A stretch of 64,000 bases of DNA from Phoronis australis (taxonomy: Eukaryota; Animalia; Phoronida): NCBI GenBank assembly GCA_002633005.1, contig NMRA01000632.1:62001-126000 (forward strand). Direction: 5' to 3'. Each line of letters starts with the position of its first letter. The first letter of the stretch is position 1. The notes under the pieces were generated by a model. The model saw only the letters and a program-made list of their open reading frames with translations. It searched no databases and was not told the origin of the DNA. The position numbers were made by a program, and so were the translations under genes. Positions 11,753-24,303 of this stretch are shown piece by piece.

Positions 11753-12682
11753 CCCACAAACACCCCCATGATGGTGAACTGCTTTCAATCTATGGAGAAG
11801 TGCCTATCTATTAGCACCACCTAGTGATCATTGAATCACTCAAAGATTATATTTTGCTGGTCATGTTCAATCTGCCTGCAAATGACCAAAAAACCACCGA
11901 AATGATAACGCCACCAAGAGTTAATTTTCAACTATGTCACATGATTGTGGCCATACAATTACGCAACACCACACAGTGGCTGGCTGCTGCTTCTTAAACA
12001 TTTAACAAGAAATGTTTGTGGCACAAACTGGTGAATAAGAAGATGTTTGAGTATGAACTATATTCCTTGAAATGGAACAAGATTGAACAATTGTTCAGAG
12101 GGATCCAACAACAACACAACAATGTTTTTACCAATATGCAGACAATTTGTATGGAATGAAGACTGATTGGTCTTAGCTGATCTGAGGTCAAATGATAAAA
12201 TTAAATGCAAATGATTCACTATAAACCTTAAACATGCATGTACTATGAAATATTCATGTTACACCCAAGTAAGTGGCACTACTACAACACTTCGTATACA
12301 TTCATAAGATACAACAAAGTTATCCTGTGGATATCCTATGTCTTGAACTTCGCCACAATTCTAGTATATGTCCGAGTTTAACAGATTCCTACATAGGCAC
12401 ATCCTAAAATAGCACAACGCCACTCTCATTCCGTGGTATTTACCCACAATGCAACACCTGTGTGAAGTACCTGTCCTGCTTCATCATGCAAATGTACTAG
12501 TCACTATATCATATGATCCTAATTATGCAACTTTTCATTACCCTACATCTTTAAAAGTGAATGCATTTTTCTGCCTCTGCCACGATACTCCCAGATTCAA
12601 GCAGAGTGCATCTCACACAAAAGTCACCACGTTTCTAAGAAACAGGCCAACTACTTGTCTACTAGTGTTCAACATGGTTTGT

Positions 12683-12991
12683 CTACTCCATACTTCCTGT
12701 AACTTCAGGAATGACTAGATTTTCACCCTCTCGCAACTCCTCTACCACTGGACGGCAGCAGCCCTCCAGGCGCAGCAGCTCTGCGTTCTTTAGCTTAGGA
12801 GGCAACAGAAATACGATGCAGCTTGACATGAACACATGCCACAGGCTATGTGTGTAGAAGTAGTTGTCCTCCGTTTCAAGAAACGCAAAGATTATGAGAC
12901 CAGTACCAGCCAACACCAAGCCAGGTACCAAACGAACAACCCATCTTCTTTTGGTTGGATAACAGTCCTTTCTCGTCTTGCACTTTAAGAC
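12683..12991 (-). CDS. TMEM8: TMEM8/PGAP6-like gene exon 12 (last; CYP...ETEDNYFYTHSLWH)
   Basis: ttaag acceptor; ETxDNYxYTHSxWH is the TMEM8/myomaker CREST motif; stop at 12683-12685. Confidence 0.92.
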   Translation of the reverse strand, partial: VLKCKTRKDCYPTKRRWVVRLVPGLVLAGTGLIIFAFLETEDNYFYTHSLWHVFMSSCIVFLLPPKLKNAELLRLEGCCRPVVEELREGENLVIPEVTGSME

Positions 12992-13909
12992 CTTAAATTG
13001 AAGTAATTTACGATGAAATGATTTTGTTCCACCACTGATACTGAATGATTCAGATCCTTAAAGCGAGTTCATGCATGTACATCCTGGGATAACAATTAAT
13101 GTGACTATTATGTCGGAACACGCCACTTTTCAATGGTGAGACTTGACTAATTATTACGTACATTATTCAGAGGAAAAAAGTTCTGAACTAGAACGAGTTC
13201 CCACCAATCAAACTTCTAATTTTCCAGGAGTGTATTGTCTGTGAGGAGTACAACAGCAGTATTTTTTCACATAAAATCATCTCAAAACTTTGGTTTTCAG
13301 GTCGCACTTTAATATTATTGCAAAAGTAGTACCACCATTTACAGCCAGGTGGCAGGAGCAGTTACAGGCAACAATTAAGGGGACAAGCGTGCAGCTCACT
13401 GAAACATTTCTTGCATGTCCGTGTATACACGTGCAGAACTCACTGCCAAAGAAATTGAAAATGGGACACACATCTTCAGTGAAGTTTATATTCCTCAATA
13501 GCTCACACTGCGTTATTCCGAATTCTGTAAAAGTTAGAGCTACTCACCTCTAAGGTCACAATTTAGGCAGTTTTATGAAAGAACAGAAGGTTTAGTAGAC
13601 AAGTATATCGAAAGGAAACATTCCCAGTTTTTGAGTAGCAAATGCCAACAGTCAGCTTTAAAAAGCAGTGTGGCTGGTAAGAAGTACCGCACAAATGCTA
13701 TATTTTTGTCCTGATAGAGATTTCAAACAATAAGAAACTTCATTAACTTGGCAACAAGACAAAAACAGTAGCAACACATTCAATAGAACCAAAAGATCTG
13801 AAAACTGGCATTAGTCACTGACATTTGAGCCTCATTGGCCAACATCGGTTAGCAAAAATCCAAGACCCCTACAAGTGACTCATCATACTCAAAAACCACT
13901 TGTGGAGGG

Positions 13910-14249
13910 AAACAAATATGGGTCAAGCATTGAGTTTAAGTTATGGACATGACTGTCTAAACAAATATGGGTCAAGCATTGAGTTTAAGTTATGTACATG
14001 ACTGCCTAAACAAATATGGGTCAAACATTGAGTTTAAGTTATGTACATGACTGTCTAAACAAATATGGGTCAAGCATTGAGTTTAAGTTATGGACATGAC
14101 TGTCTACACAAATATGGGTCAAGCATTTGAGGTTAAGTTATGCACATGACTGTCTAAACAAATATGGGTCAAGCATTGAGTTTAAGTTATGCACATGACT
14201 GCCTAAACAAATATGGGTCAAGCATTGAGTTTAAGTTATGCACATGACT
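13910..14249. repeat. Minisatellite, 49-bp unit, ~7 copies, intronic
   Basis: Unit aaacaaatatgggtcaagcattgagtttaagttatg(g/t/c)acatgactg(t/c)ct repeated head to tail. Confidence 0.95.
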
Positions 14250-14412
14250 AAGCTAGCCTTTCGCATTTGTTCTAGAACACAACTAAAACTAATTAATAAT
14301 CTTAATCTTTTAATTTTCTCATAGTTTCAATAACTCCACTTCAGGCAAGCAGCAAAGGCATTAACTGAATACCCAAGAAACTCAATGGATAGNCAAGAAC
14401 AAAGACACTGAC

Positions 14413-14676
14413 CCAGGATACTAAGAGCAGCCCACCAGCCAGGCCCACAGGTATGAGGAACGACCAGAGACTGTGACGGTCGATGCTGACGGCTATGACG
14501 ATCCCCAGCGGTCCCAGCATGTTCACAGGGCTACTGATGTTTGCCGGGAGTTTAGCCATAGCAATAATGGTGACCCAGAAGGATAGCATGGATGTGGCAA
14601 AGTCACAATAGCTCAACGCATTCTCCGGCATAATGCACAGCACGTTGATCACATCGGCATCACAGGCGTGGTAGAA
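14413..14676 (-). CDS. TMEM8: TMEM8/PGAP6-like gene exon 11 (FYHACD...LSYCDF...WVTIIAMA)
   Basis: ttag acceptor and gtcagt donor, phase 0/0; FYHACD motif and transmembrane segments. Confidence 0.93.
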
Positions 14677-16437
14677 CTAAAAAGAAAGGGAACACAATCA
14701 TTTTAAATCTGGTCTGGATGCCACCTATTGGCCACATCACACGACCTAGGTTCACATTAATTACAGCTGTTAATTCTTCATTTATTTCGCACTCAATGTG
14801 GCCGACAAGTGAAATATTATTATATTTTGCCTAATTTCTCCACAAAATAAAGACTAAGAAAGTTTTAGTCTATTGCAAGCACGGTCTGTACTGTGAAGTC
14901 ATCACAAAACAATTTTTGGTAAATTTTCCACAATTTGTATAAAAGTAATCAGCCTTTAAAAAATGAAAAATGACAATTTTGGAAATTATTTGTGTGCGAA
15001 ATAATTGGAGAATTGGAGTACAGTTAAAAAAATCCCAGACATTTGTTAATTTCAGATTTGCTCTAAACCAAACATCTTAGAGACTGGTATTTATAAAAGC
15101 TTCTACACTTAGGTCCCAACAGATGACAAACAGGAAGAAACTGCTTCCGCTTACCAGTTTTCACCAGCTTAAGAATCACAATAAATGTACGAGAGACTCA
15201 CCTACCCTTAGAGAGTGGAATTTATAAACTTGACTTCTTATAGAAGCTTCACAGACGCTACACATTTTGGCTTATATTGTGGTCTTATCAAATTACAAGG
15301 TTTATCTGATCTAGAAGGAAAAATCTTACTTTAATGGAATGCTGTGCAGCTTGAAAGATTCATACTTATATTCCCTATCATGTTATGGAGGTAACCAAGA
15401 CATTTTGCATGGAGTGGATTTTCTCCATTATGAAACTAAATTTAGCAAAATTTCTACTTGAAACGCTATTTTAACACTTTATAACTCGTGCCGAAAATTC
15501 AAATTACACACGCAGTGATTAGGCCACACAAACTCCAGAATACAAACCAATAATTCTACGAGCTCAGGTAGTGGAAACTTAAAAAATTTAGCAATATGTT
15601 TTTAAGCATAGTTATACTCTCTGGCTCTGTAATGAGACTCAGTCAAATTGCGTTACCAGCACGAAATCTTCCAAAAGAGAACACAATAATACTGTTATGC
15701 CGTCCACACTGCATGTGGATTTGTTTATTGACCTTTGACCTCAGTCCTCCATTTACATTGCTTTCCCCAATACAGTCTTTGTTTCGCTGTTACTGATATT
15801 GGTTGTGTTTGCTGTTCACAAAACAAATTATCCAGGTTAGTGTCGTGAAATATCAAAAAAAACAATCTGATTCCTTCCCAATGTAAAACAACACACCTGC
15901 CATTTGTGGATATTATCAACAAAAATTAACAAAATTAAGTTTTCCCCGCTTATTAGGAAATTATCTTAAGTTCAATTGCAATATCAGAGCCCTGCGCTGG
16001 GGTAAAAAAATTTTCATTTCTTGTTTAGCTGTCTTTCCTCTCAGACTCTCCACTCAGCTTGAGTTGTGTTACAATCGTCACCAAGTCTGAGCCCATTCAT
16101 AAGCATAGTTCATTTTGAAACTAGAGTATGACATTAAGTGGACTCCACTCTGCAGCGAATTCAGCTAAAATCACTTTTTCATTTCATTGCATCAAAAGTG
16201 AATCCTGGGTGGTCATTGTCCACAGTCGCCACTTGTCTCACACACAGTGTTAAGTCACACTCGCCAATTTAAAGAACGTTGCGCTAAGAATATATTCAAA
16301 GCACCTGTTCTGAACTTTGAGAGACAACGAAGATTAGAGAATTATTTAGAACCATACATTAAAATTTGTGTACATTAATGCAATGAACCTAGAACTCTAC
16401 ACCACTAAAGGTATTAGGAATGGAGTTCCTAACTCAC

Positions 16438-16616
16438 TGTAGAGAAAAAGCAATTGAAGAAATAGACGATAGCTTCAGTGTAATATGACCTGTAGACGGC
16501 AAGACAGGTGGCAGGTATGAAGAACAGGTTGCTAAGGGTGAGGAGCAGAATGTGAGCCATCTGAGCAGACATTGGAAGAGCTTCACTATCGTCTGTACAG
16601 CCATAACCAGACCATC
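16438..16616 (-). CDS. TMEM8: TMEM8/PGAP6-like gene exon 10 (GWSGYGCTDD...LLLTLSNLFFIPA...FFST)
   Basis: tcag acceptor and gtgag donor; end of the EGF-like domain and the LLTLSNxxF motif. Confidence 0.93.
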
Positions 16617-18324
16617 CTGAAATGATGACGCAAGAATTGTAAATACGGAGAGAACCTTTTGAAAATCTGTAGGTATGTTTAGATCTGATTCAGAAACTAC
16701 CTGACTGTTTAAATTGGCACAATATTCAGAAGTTTCTCTGGCTATTTTCTTATGCTAGAAAACTTGCACGCCACGACGAACGTACCACATATCAATGCTC
16801 GGGCTTCTAAGAACGCTGTAACCTCTAAGCATGGCAAAAAATGACCCACGGATTTTAATAGGCTAGAAATCGGCATAAATAGACCAATAGATTTTTAAAA
16901 TAAATTTAATACCAAAACATCACCTCCTCAACGTAGTTACGTCAATAAGCCCTAGGAACCAATTGAAAATAAATATCATTGGCTAAGTATGATCAGTATA
17001 CTGCTTTGTCTTCCAAGTTAATTGCACATGGTGAAATAGTGTGTGTAAATGGGTCAAACCACCATTAACTAATTAATTAAAAATGTGTTCATCGCAAACA
17101 TCGCTGGTTTAGCTTTCCAGATGAGAACGGTTTTCAATCTTGCTTATTATCAAGCGGTCATGGAGGTCCGTAGTTTAGCACCACACATGCTGATACACAA
17201 ATGCCCAATTATCTACCATCAGTTACAAACAATAAACCATGTCATGCTTCTAATGATCTAAACAACACTGCATTGGCAGCATATCATTCTGGGCTCAGCA
17301 ATTCAGAATTCATAGGGGTAATAAAACAATTATCTTCTCAGGTATGATCTTAAACCTGTTATTCAGTTGTGTTTGATTAAGCAGTCCAACTGGGACAGTA
17401 GTATGAATAAGAGCAGGGTTCGCAAAGAACTGCTTTCACCGACTTTGCATGTCAAAAGGCCTGTTGTGTGTGAATGACACACCCATGATTTACAACTGTC
17501 TGCAAAATTCTAAGCTACTATGTGAACTACTCATCCCCTCCAAACCCAACTGTGTTAAAATGTTCTTTTAAGAAAGAACTGCGGCATTACTGTAAAATCG
17601 ATACATCAACACTGACAATAAAACAGAAGATTCAGTCTTTGTTTCTATTGCTTTCTAAAAGACCCTTTACACCCCCTGTGGGTCTTGCTTTGTAAAGGTT
17701 GACAAACGGCTTAAGTCAGAAATTCTGTCTTTCACTCCACACAACTATTTCAAAACATGACAATCTTATTTCACCGAAAAGCATTCACTGAGAATATACC
17801 CAAAACTGTTTACTTAGTAAATCAGAAAAAAATGTATGAATCATTGCAGGTGCAATGCCAGATAAACAATTAGTAAAAACTTTATCAGCAGTAGACATAA
17901 TTTCTGACTTAAGCCTAAATTTACGTTTCGTGAAAAGTCAGCCAGGTGGCTCTGATGACATCGACACGGAGTGAAGATGATGTCATCAAACTGAGATAGC
18001 GCACAACTGGGTTCGAGACATGGGGTTGTCACTTGTAGCTCTCAAAAACAGGGGTGGACTTATGTACACAGGTGAGATGATGTCGGGCATTCGTTCAAAG
18101 CCTGGACCAAGAAAGTGAAGCATGTAATTGTAGCTCACTGACAACAGTAGCTTTGTGGTCACCCGGCAAGCACCAGGGTGTGAAAAAGACAGTTTCCAAA
18201 AGCTTTCAGAGGAGCACTTATACCGGACCATGTTGGCTTATTCACCAGTTTAGATATAGGTGAAGGTGAGCTTATAATTGGGGTAGGTTTTTGCCCAGGT
18301 AAATACAGTCTCCCCCTTTCTTAC

Positions 18325-18464
18325 CAGCAGGGCACCTACACGCGCAGAAGATGATGTCACTGCCGCCATAGTAACGGATGCATTCACCCCCATTTTCACA
18401 CTTGTCGTGAATGCAGGGAGAAAGCTGAAGGTTGAACTGCACCAGAACGCCTTGTAAACATGCA
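18325..18464 (-). CDS. TMEM8: TMEM8/PGAP6-like gene exon 9 (EGF-like: LSPCIHDKCENGGEC...CACRCPAG)
   Basis: acag acceptor and gtaag donor; EGF-like cysteine spacing; phases 2/1 fit. Confidence 0.9.
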
Positions 18465-19100
18465 CTGTGGGATGGAAAGTACAACATATTAGAGTTTTGA
18501 AATTCAAAATTAGGTAAGAGTAGGATTCAAAGGTCAAATCTGAACGTACAAAGGTCAAATCTGAACGTCGTGTTTTTAATGAGACCGTTCATAGTGTGCA
18601 CACATCTCCTAGTTCTAATACCAGACCAACAATGTTTCATTCTTCCACTACCAACTCTGGAATGACAAAATAAACATTAAAAAGATTTTTTCTTTGTAAT
18701 TCTACAATATAAATCATGCATTCCTTTGCTTTCTGATGATGCAGGTCATGATATTTTTCTTAAAGGGGCACATTTTCCAAGCAATAGTGGATCTTGGGCA
18801 AATAATTGATTCAGAATTTGAACTCTCCCACATCTCATTTCACACAATGGCAAGTGCCGAATGTTTTGATTACATTTTGTGATGTGCTGAAAAATAGAGT
18901 CCGTGAATAAGATTTGTTAACACCTCTTCATTTTCTTTTGTAATACTGTGGTTAGAATGTAATTCAATAGGTGTTATTGGCTTAAATAGCCGCTTTATTC
19001 TTTGTACCTTGTTGAAGTCAGCCATTTTTTTTAACACGCCCAAGCAGTGCTCAAGACAACTTTAAGGACATAAAACACCCAAGATTATGAACCAGTGGTT

Positions 19101-19495
19101 CTGCTATGTGTGAACTTAGAATCTTGCTTAATCTCAAGATCACGTATGCGTGAACTTGGAATACACGAGGAAACTTGACAAGTTCACTCAAATAATCACA
19201 TTCACTTAGATAAAAATTTGCACTGCACTAAAATTTATCAAATTTCATGTTCGTAAAACAACGTAAATTTTAATTAATCCTTTTTCAACTATTGACGATC
19301 TTATTCACCAAACAATAACCAAATGCATTCACATATTGCTCCAATTCTAAAGGATAAAATGGGTGATCATGATGCCAAGAATTACAAAAATTCTTTCACA
19401 GAACAATCACCTGATTGTCCAAATGAATATTTAATTCCAAGTTCACGCATACGCTATCTTGAAATAAAGCAGGATTCCAAGTTCACGCACAGCAG
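19101..19495. mobile_element. MITE with ~60-bp TIRs; same family as 31129-31494
   Basis: ctgctatgtgtgaacttagaatcttgcttaatctcaagatcacgtatgcgtgaacttggaat versus attccaagttcacgcatacgctatcttgaaataaagcaggattccaagttcacgcacagcag. Confidence 0.85.
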
Positions 19496-19603
19496 TTCCA
19501 CCTCGTGCCATTTATTCTGACCCACCTACAGTAGACTTCAAAACTCAATTGACAATATTTTTCTCTTCGAAAACCAAAAAGCAATACGGCGTCCTCCCGT
19601 TTT

Positions 19604-20060
19604 GTGACTTCACCAGACGTAGAGGGTTGTCAGCATATGATATCTAGCTCCTTTGTTAACTGCCAAGCACCTTTTGTCTGGTATGACAACAGGCAGGCCA
19701 ATTATATACCAGGCTTAATACAAACTACATGTGAACAATCAAACTCAGAGCGAATTGGTGCTACAGAAAGAATAGATTGTTGTAACTTCACTTGTAGTCG
19801 GGTGATTTTGCAATTTAAAAACTAAAACATGATCAGCATTTGACGAGGAATTCAGAAATGCTATTGGTTTATGTTCAAATATGTTATAACTTAACTTTTA
19901 TTTTTAACAGGCTGAGCATAGCCCAGTCAGGCTAGATACGATCTTACTGGAGATTGGAGCAATTATCGAACAAAAGAGAGCCAACCATAAATGCCAGAAT
20001 GGGGTAATCAGTCGTGTAAAATATTAGCTACATGGTCATCTTCCCAACTTGTTGTTGGGC
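19604..20060 (+). repeat. Interspersed repeat; inverted copy of 140-606
   Basis: Collinear similarity to the reverse complement of 140-606. Confidence 0.8.
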
Positions 20061-20779
20061 TATAAAATTAAACAAGTTGTCATTCTGCATCCTGTTTCAT
20101 ATTGAATTATTCTCATCCTAACCAATGCTTATATAAAACTAGTGAAACAAAGTCCGTCTCATTAGATACAATTTGTAATGCCTTTGCAGTATTCGTGAGT
20201 GCAAATGTTGAGAAGCCAGCAATGGCCACTGCGTTATCGGCTTCTGATGCCGGCAATAAACTTGACCGGGTACCGAGGCCGTGTGAGCGTATGCTAATTC
20301 AGTGTTTGCTGACAGAAAGCTGTTGTGAAACAATTACTTGATTTTATATGCTATGGTCGCATGTTAGGGGAATCTTTATTTAGAAACACAAACACATTAT
20401 TCAAATAATTGTTACTGTACAACCTTTGCCCAGACGGACTGTGGAAGGGGAACCCGACTTCGTGGCCCCAGACAAGTAAGTAGATTTTCAGTTTCGTGGC
20501 TAATTCACATCTATAAATAATTACGTGCACCTTATTTCTTTGGCTCACTATTATAGTCTTTTCGTGACTGGAGGTTTAGTTTCCAACTCAAGCTGGCTTA
20601 TGTTCATGCCAGTCCCGGCGGCCGTGACGGGCCTGATCAGATTCTGCACCACTGGCCAGGATAACGAGTCAGTCCTGCCTTGACGGGCCTGATCGGGCTC
20701 CGAACCACTGGCCGGAATAAGCGTTCTGTGTGTTTAGAACTCAAAAAATCACAAGTCTAAACAAAAAAAACAAAAACAG

Positions 20780-21310
20780 TGCAGGTAGCCTGATGTATTT
20801 GCGGTGCATCAGACGTGCGCAGGCCTCATGGTTGGGCCCACTGCACAAAGCACCTGAGCAAAAGCACAAGAGCCCCATTACAGTTCTTTGTGAAGAAAGT
20901 TTTCAAGTCTGCCAGTCCCCTTTAGGAAAACGGACAGACGTTGACCATGGGCGATGCATTAAATGTTGTAGACATGTAATAGTGCCATCCAGTAGGTTGC
21001 TCCTTAGCCTATAAAAAGCTGGGCAAGACTCTACCAGGTGTTTAGGAGATTCTACATCAGTACCACACTCAGGAGACACCGGGCTCACCATATGCCTAGC
21101 AATGTGTCAGGCTAGGTTACAGTGGCCCGTCAAAATTTGTATGATGTGTCTTATGCCCAATCTATCTAGACTCAGAAGGTTCTTTGAACTAAACAACACA
21201 GATCTAGGTTCTTGTGTCTGTATTTCATGGAAGAATACTTCGAATTTATCTCTGAACAGACCCCAAGCTCCTGCTATGGACCTTGGTAAATTGGCCTGCC
21301 AAACTTTGTA
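20780..21310 (-). mobile_element. 5'-truncated non-LTR retrotransposon 3' end (I/Loa/R1-group-like ORF2 C-terminal zinc knuckle), with an in-frame stop
   Basis: Minus-strand translation ...IIQILTGHCNLA*HIARHMVSPVSPECGTDVESPKHLVESCPAFYRLR resembles LTGH..L..H....C..C....E...H....CPA...R. Confidence 0.75.
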
Positions 21311-21861
21311 GGCTACGGTGTGTCCAAATACCAATAAATCCGTAACGACGAAATAAAACAACACGTTTTTATAAGAACTCGGTGTGTTTTTAAGGATTTT
21401 ACATCGAAGTTTGATGGTTTATTAGTGTTAAACGATGAAGTCAAGCGATAAGCTGACATGAGTAACCCGTGTTGTGAACTGCTGAACAGACTGCGCGCGA
21501 AACCAATGACGTCATTGGATAATTTCAACACCTCCCTCTGCCGTCAGGTGTCAGGTAACACAACCGAACGTGCCGTTATCGAGTAGAACTACTCGATCTA
21601 AATTCATTGATACAAAATAGGTTGTTTTATGGGTGGCATTCTCCTTTAAGAATTAAGGCAAAAGTTTGGTCTTGTGCTCCACATATTCTAAAATAATCAA
21701 ACTCGCTTCAGCAAAAGAACAAAGCATCTCTAAGAATAAGCAAATAACTACTATTTACTGAGAAAATTTGTACGTCAAATAATTTCCAGCCAGTCAAGAA
21801 TGTAAATTAAAAAATAAAAAAGACAGCATTAATATTCAGGATTTCAAGTGCAGTCAATTAC

Positions 21862-22058
21862 CTGGTTATAGAGCTGGTACAATGGAGCTGGAGAGCTAAG
21901 AACCACTTGCCGCTCTCTGGATAGGGAACAAACACTTCTGACTGGCTGTTTGTAGGATTAATGGTGGATGGACTTGGGCAAACCACACTTGATCCATTAA
22001 ATGGCACCACAGCTGGCACCATGCAAACTGTTACATTGAAGTCTTTCCCTCTATGGTC
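21862..22058 (-). CDS. TMEM8: TMEM8/PGAP6-like gene exon 8 (NVTVCMVPAVVP...VPYPESGKWFLALQLHC)
   Basis: ttag acceptor and gtaatt donor; PYPExGxWxLxLxLxC motif of the TMEM8 ectodomain. Confidence 0.9.
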
Positions 22059-22449
22059 CTAAATGAAAAGACAGCATCTTGAGCGTTCATATGACAGTCA
22101 GGTTTGAAGAAATTCAAGGTAAAGAAAATAATTCAATAACCAAAGCCCCGTGCTTCAGTATATTTTGAATGGTTGTGATACAAAATGTTAATTATTAGTA
22201 ATCATGACATTTCTCTATCCAAAATCAGTGCATTGTCTTTGGCTGCAGACACAGCATTCGTTGTATCAAAAGCCTTCCTGAAATCCACAACCTAAAAACC
22301 AGAGCTATATTTCAAAGGAAAATGTATTAAAATGAATGTAATGCATGTGTAATGAAATTACTTAATCATTATACTTTCTGCAATTACACACTAGTTGACA
22401 GGCAGTCACAATGCAGAATAATGAATTAAATGCCAACATGGAAACCTAC

Positions 22450-22694
22450 CTCCACAGGAGCAATAAAGAATTTTGCATAAAAACCAGTGCCCGTGTCGAC
22501 GGACTGTCTGATGTTGAAATGCAAAAGCATCACGTGAGAATCATTGAGTAAGAGCTTGCTAGGAAGTTCGATGGATGGGTCAGCATAGACGGTGAAGTTA
22601 GCTTGGTTACTGTCACTGGCGTTGAACCAGCGGTTAACCTGGCCAAAGTATAAACACTCATCAACCGTCAAGTTCTTTTTGAACATTGGACAGA
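22450..22694 (-). CDS. TMEM8: TMEM8/PGAP6-like gene exon 7 (...FNIRQSVDTGTG...)
   Basis: tttcag acceptor and gtaggt donor; open frame, phases 1/0 fit; D[S/T]GG-like motif. Confidence 0.85.
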
Positions 22695-23016
22695 CTGAAA
22701 CAGAATAACACAAGTCTGGGTAGACAATTGGTTTATGCAAACTGCATGCATTGAGTGTGTTTAATCAGTGGTCTAAGTCAGGTCTTAGTCAAGGACGCCT
22801 TATTTTCTTGACAAAAAATTCATTAACGTGGTCTATGAAAGTGGGCTTTCAACTTTAAATGTAAACTACAATCTCATTTACATCTGATTCAGTGTTCTCC
22901 TCTTAAAAACTGCAGTAAAATGCTATGACCATCTTGGCTATGACTGGACTTGTGATTGTAGATAAAACGGGTCCCAGTATCACAGAACCACAGAACTCCT
23001 CTCCGATATTAGTTAG

Positions 23017-23046
23017 ACACACACACGCACACGCACACGCACACGC

Positions 23047-23082
<36 letters not shown>
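23017..23082. repeat. (CA)n/(CACACG)n microsatellite
   Basis: Directly visible. Confidence 0.95.
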
Positions 23083-23084
<2 letters not shown>

Positions 23085-23139
23085 CTGATCACTGTAACCT
23101 TTTACAGTTTAAAACATTAGGACAGTCACTTTCATACTA

Positions 23140-23700
23140 CTGAGAGGGGAAAGACAAGGAGGGGGCTGGAAAGAGGCGAGTGGGATAGCAAGAGGGAGGA
23201 AAGATGGAAAAAGGCTGGAGTGGTAGGAGAAAAGGGTAGGCACAAGGAGAGTAGCACGACGGAGAGCAGGTACCAGAACAGCAAGGGAAAAAGGATTGAA
23301 GGCAGAAGGTAAGAAAGGGGAGGGAGTGTAGGGAGAGGAAGAGCACGTGGAAGCAGATGGGCACCAGGACTGAAAGGAGAAAGAAAGAAGATGAAAATGG
23401 TAAGTCAGCTGAACAGCAAAAGTGAGGAAGGACAAAAGGAGGGCATGTGGAGGAAGGGAAGAGGGCAAGTGAGGGGTAAGACAAAGATCAAAAGGGAGAG
23501 GGCAAATTGAGAACAACGGTAGGGGATGAGAGGAAAGATGTTTGTGGAAGGAGACGTGTGAGACAAAGAGCACGAAGGGATAGGAGAGGGCAGTGCATAG
23601 CTTGGAGGAGAGATTTGGAACATGGAGTAAAAGGGAGAGGGCAGCGCATAGGTTGGAGAAGAGATGTGGAACATGGAGTAAAAGAGGCAAGTAGGGAAAA
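23140..23700. repeat. Purine-rich (GA) low-complexity tract with internal ~51-bp repeats
   Basis: Strong G/A bias; ggagagggcag(t/c)gcatag(c/g)ttggag..gagat(t/g)tggaacatggagtaaaag occurs twice. Confidence 0.8.
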
Positions 23701-23813
23701 TTAAATAAATTGTAATTATAGCATTGGACAGACATGTGGCAGATTTCAGTAAGTTGACAGATTAAGCACACATTATCATTGTTGTGAAATTCATGCTGAT
23801 GCGTCATTATTAC

Positions 23814-23938
23814 CATTTGTGTCCACTCGAACAGTGACTCTGGCATTCTTGTCCCCTTTGTTATGCAACGTTACATAATGAAAATCATCAACTCGTGGGT
23901 TGTTAGTTACAAAATTGCAATTCTCACTACAGTTGTGG
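23814..23938 (-). CDS. TMEM8: TMEM8/PGAP6-like gene exon 6 (HNCSENCNFVTNNPRVDDFHYVTL...)
   Basis: ttcag acceptor and gtaata donor; phases 2/1 are needed to bridge the flanking exons; C..C.....P.....Y pattern. Confidence 0.82.
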
Positions 23939-24177
23939 CTGAAAATACAAAATAACATAAAAGCAAATTCCACAAAGACATATGACACTTGAAGAAATAA
24001 ATAGTGCACTTTATCATGAAAACTCACTAATTTCAGACAAAATTACCCATTTGTTAACGATGTTGCGAATGCTTGGAATTGTGCAAAATATTGTCGAAAA
24101 TTAACACGTATCAAAAACCATGGCAATGTAACAGCATTCTAGGAAATGGTTTGGTGGGATTGGAATTTCCAACTCAC

Positions 24178-24303
24178 AAATTGCTAAGTGTAGGCCAGCT
24201 GCTGTGAACAGCCCCAGCTAGATCACAGTGGTCACCAGAGCTCACTACGTCACATGACAAGATCGTGAAATTATGCTGCCACGTCGATGGTGAAACACGA
24301 AAC
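24178..24303 (-). CDS. TMEM8: TMEM8/PGAP6-like gene exon 5 (FRVSPSTWQHNFTILSC...C...P)
   Basis: accag acceptor and gtgag donor, phase 2/2. Confidence 0.85.

Noticed and set aside
13910-14249. CRISPR-like array
   Set aside because: Head-to-tail 49-bp minisatellite with no spacers.
23109-23800. 245-aa and overlapping minus-strand ORFs rich in L/S/P/F
   Set aside because: They arise from a pyrimidine-rich low-complexity intronic tract lacking stop codons.
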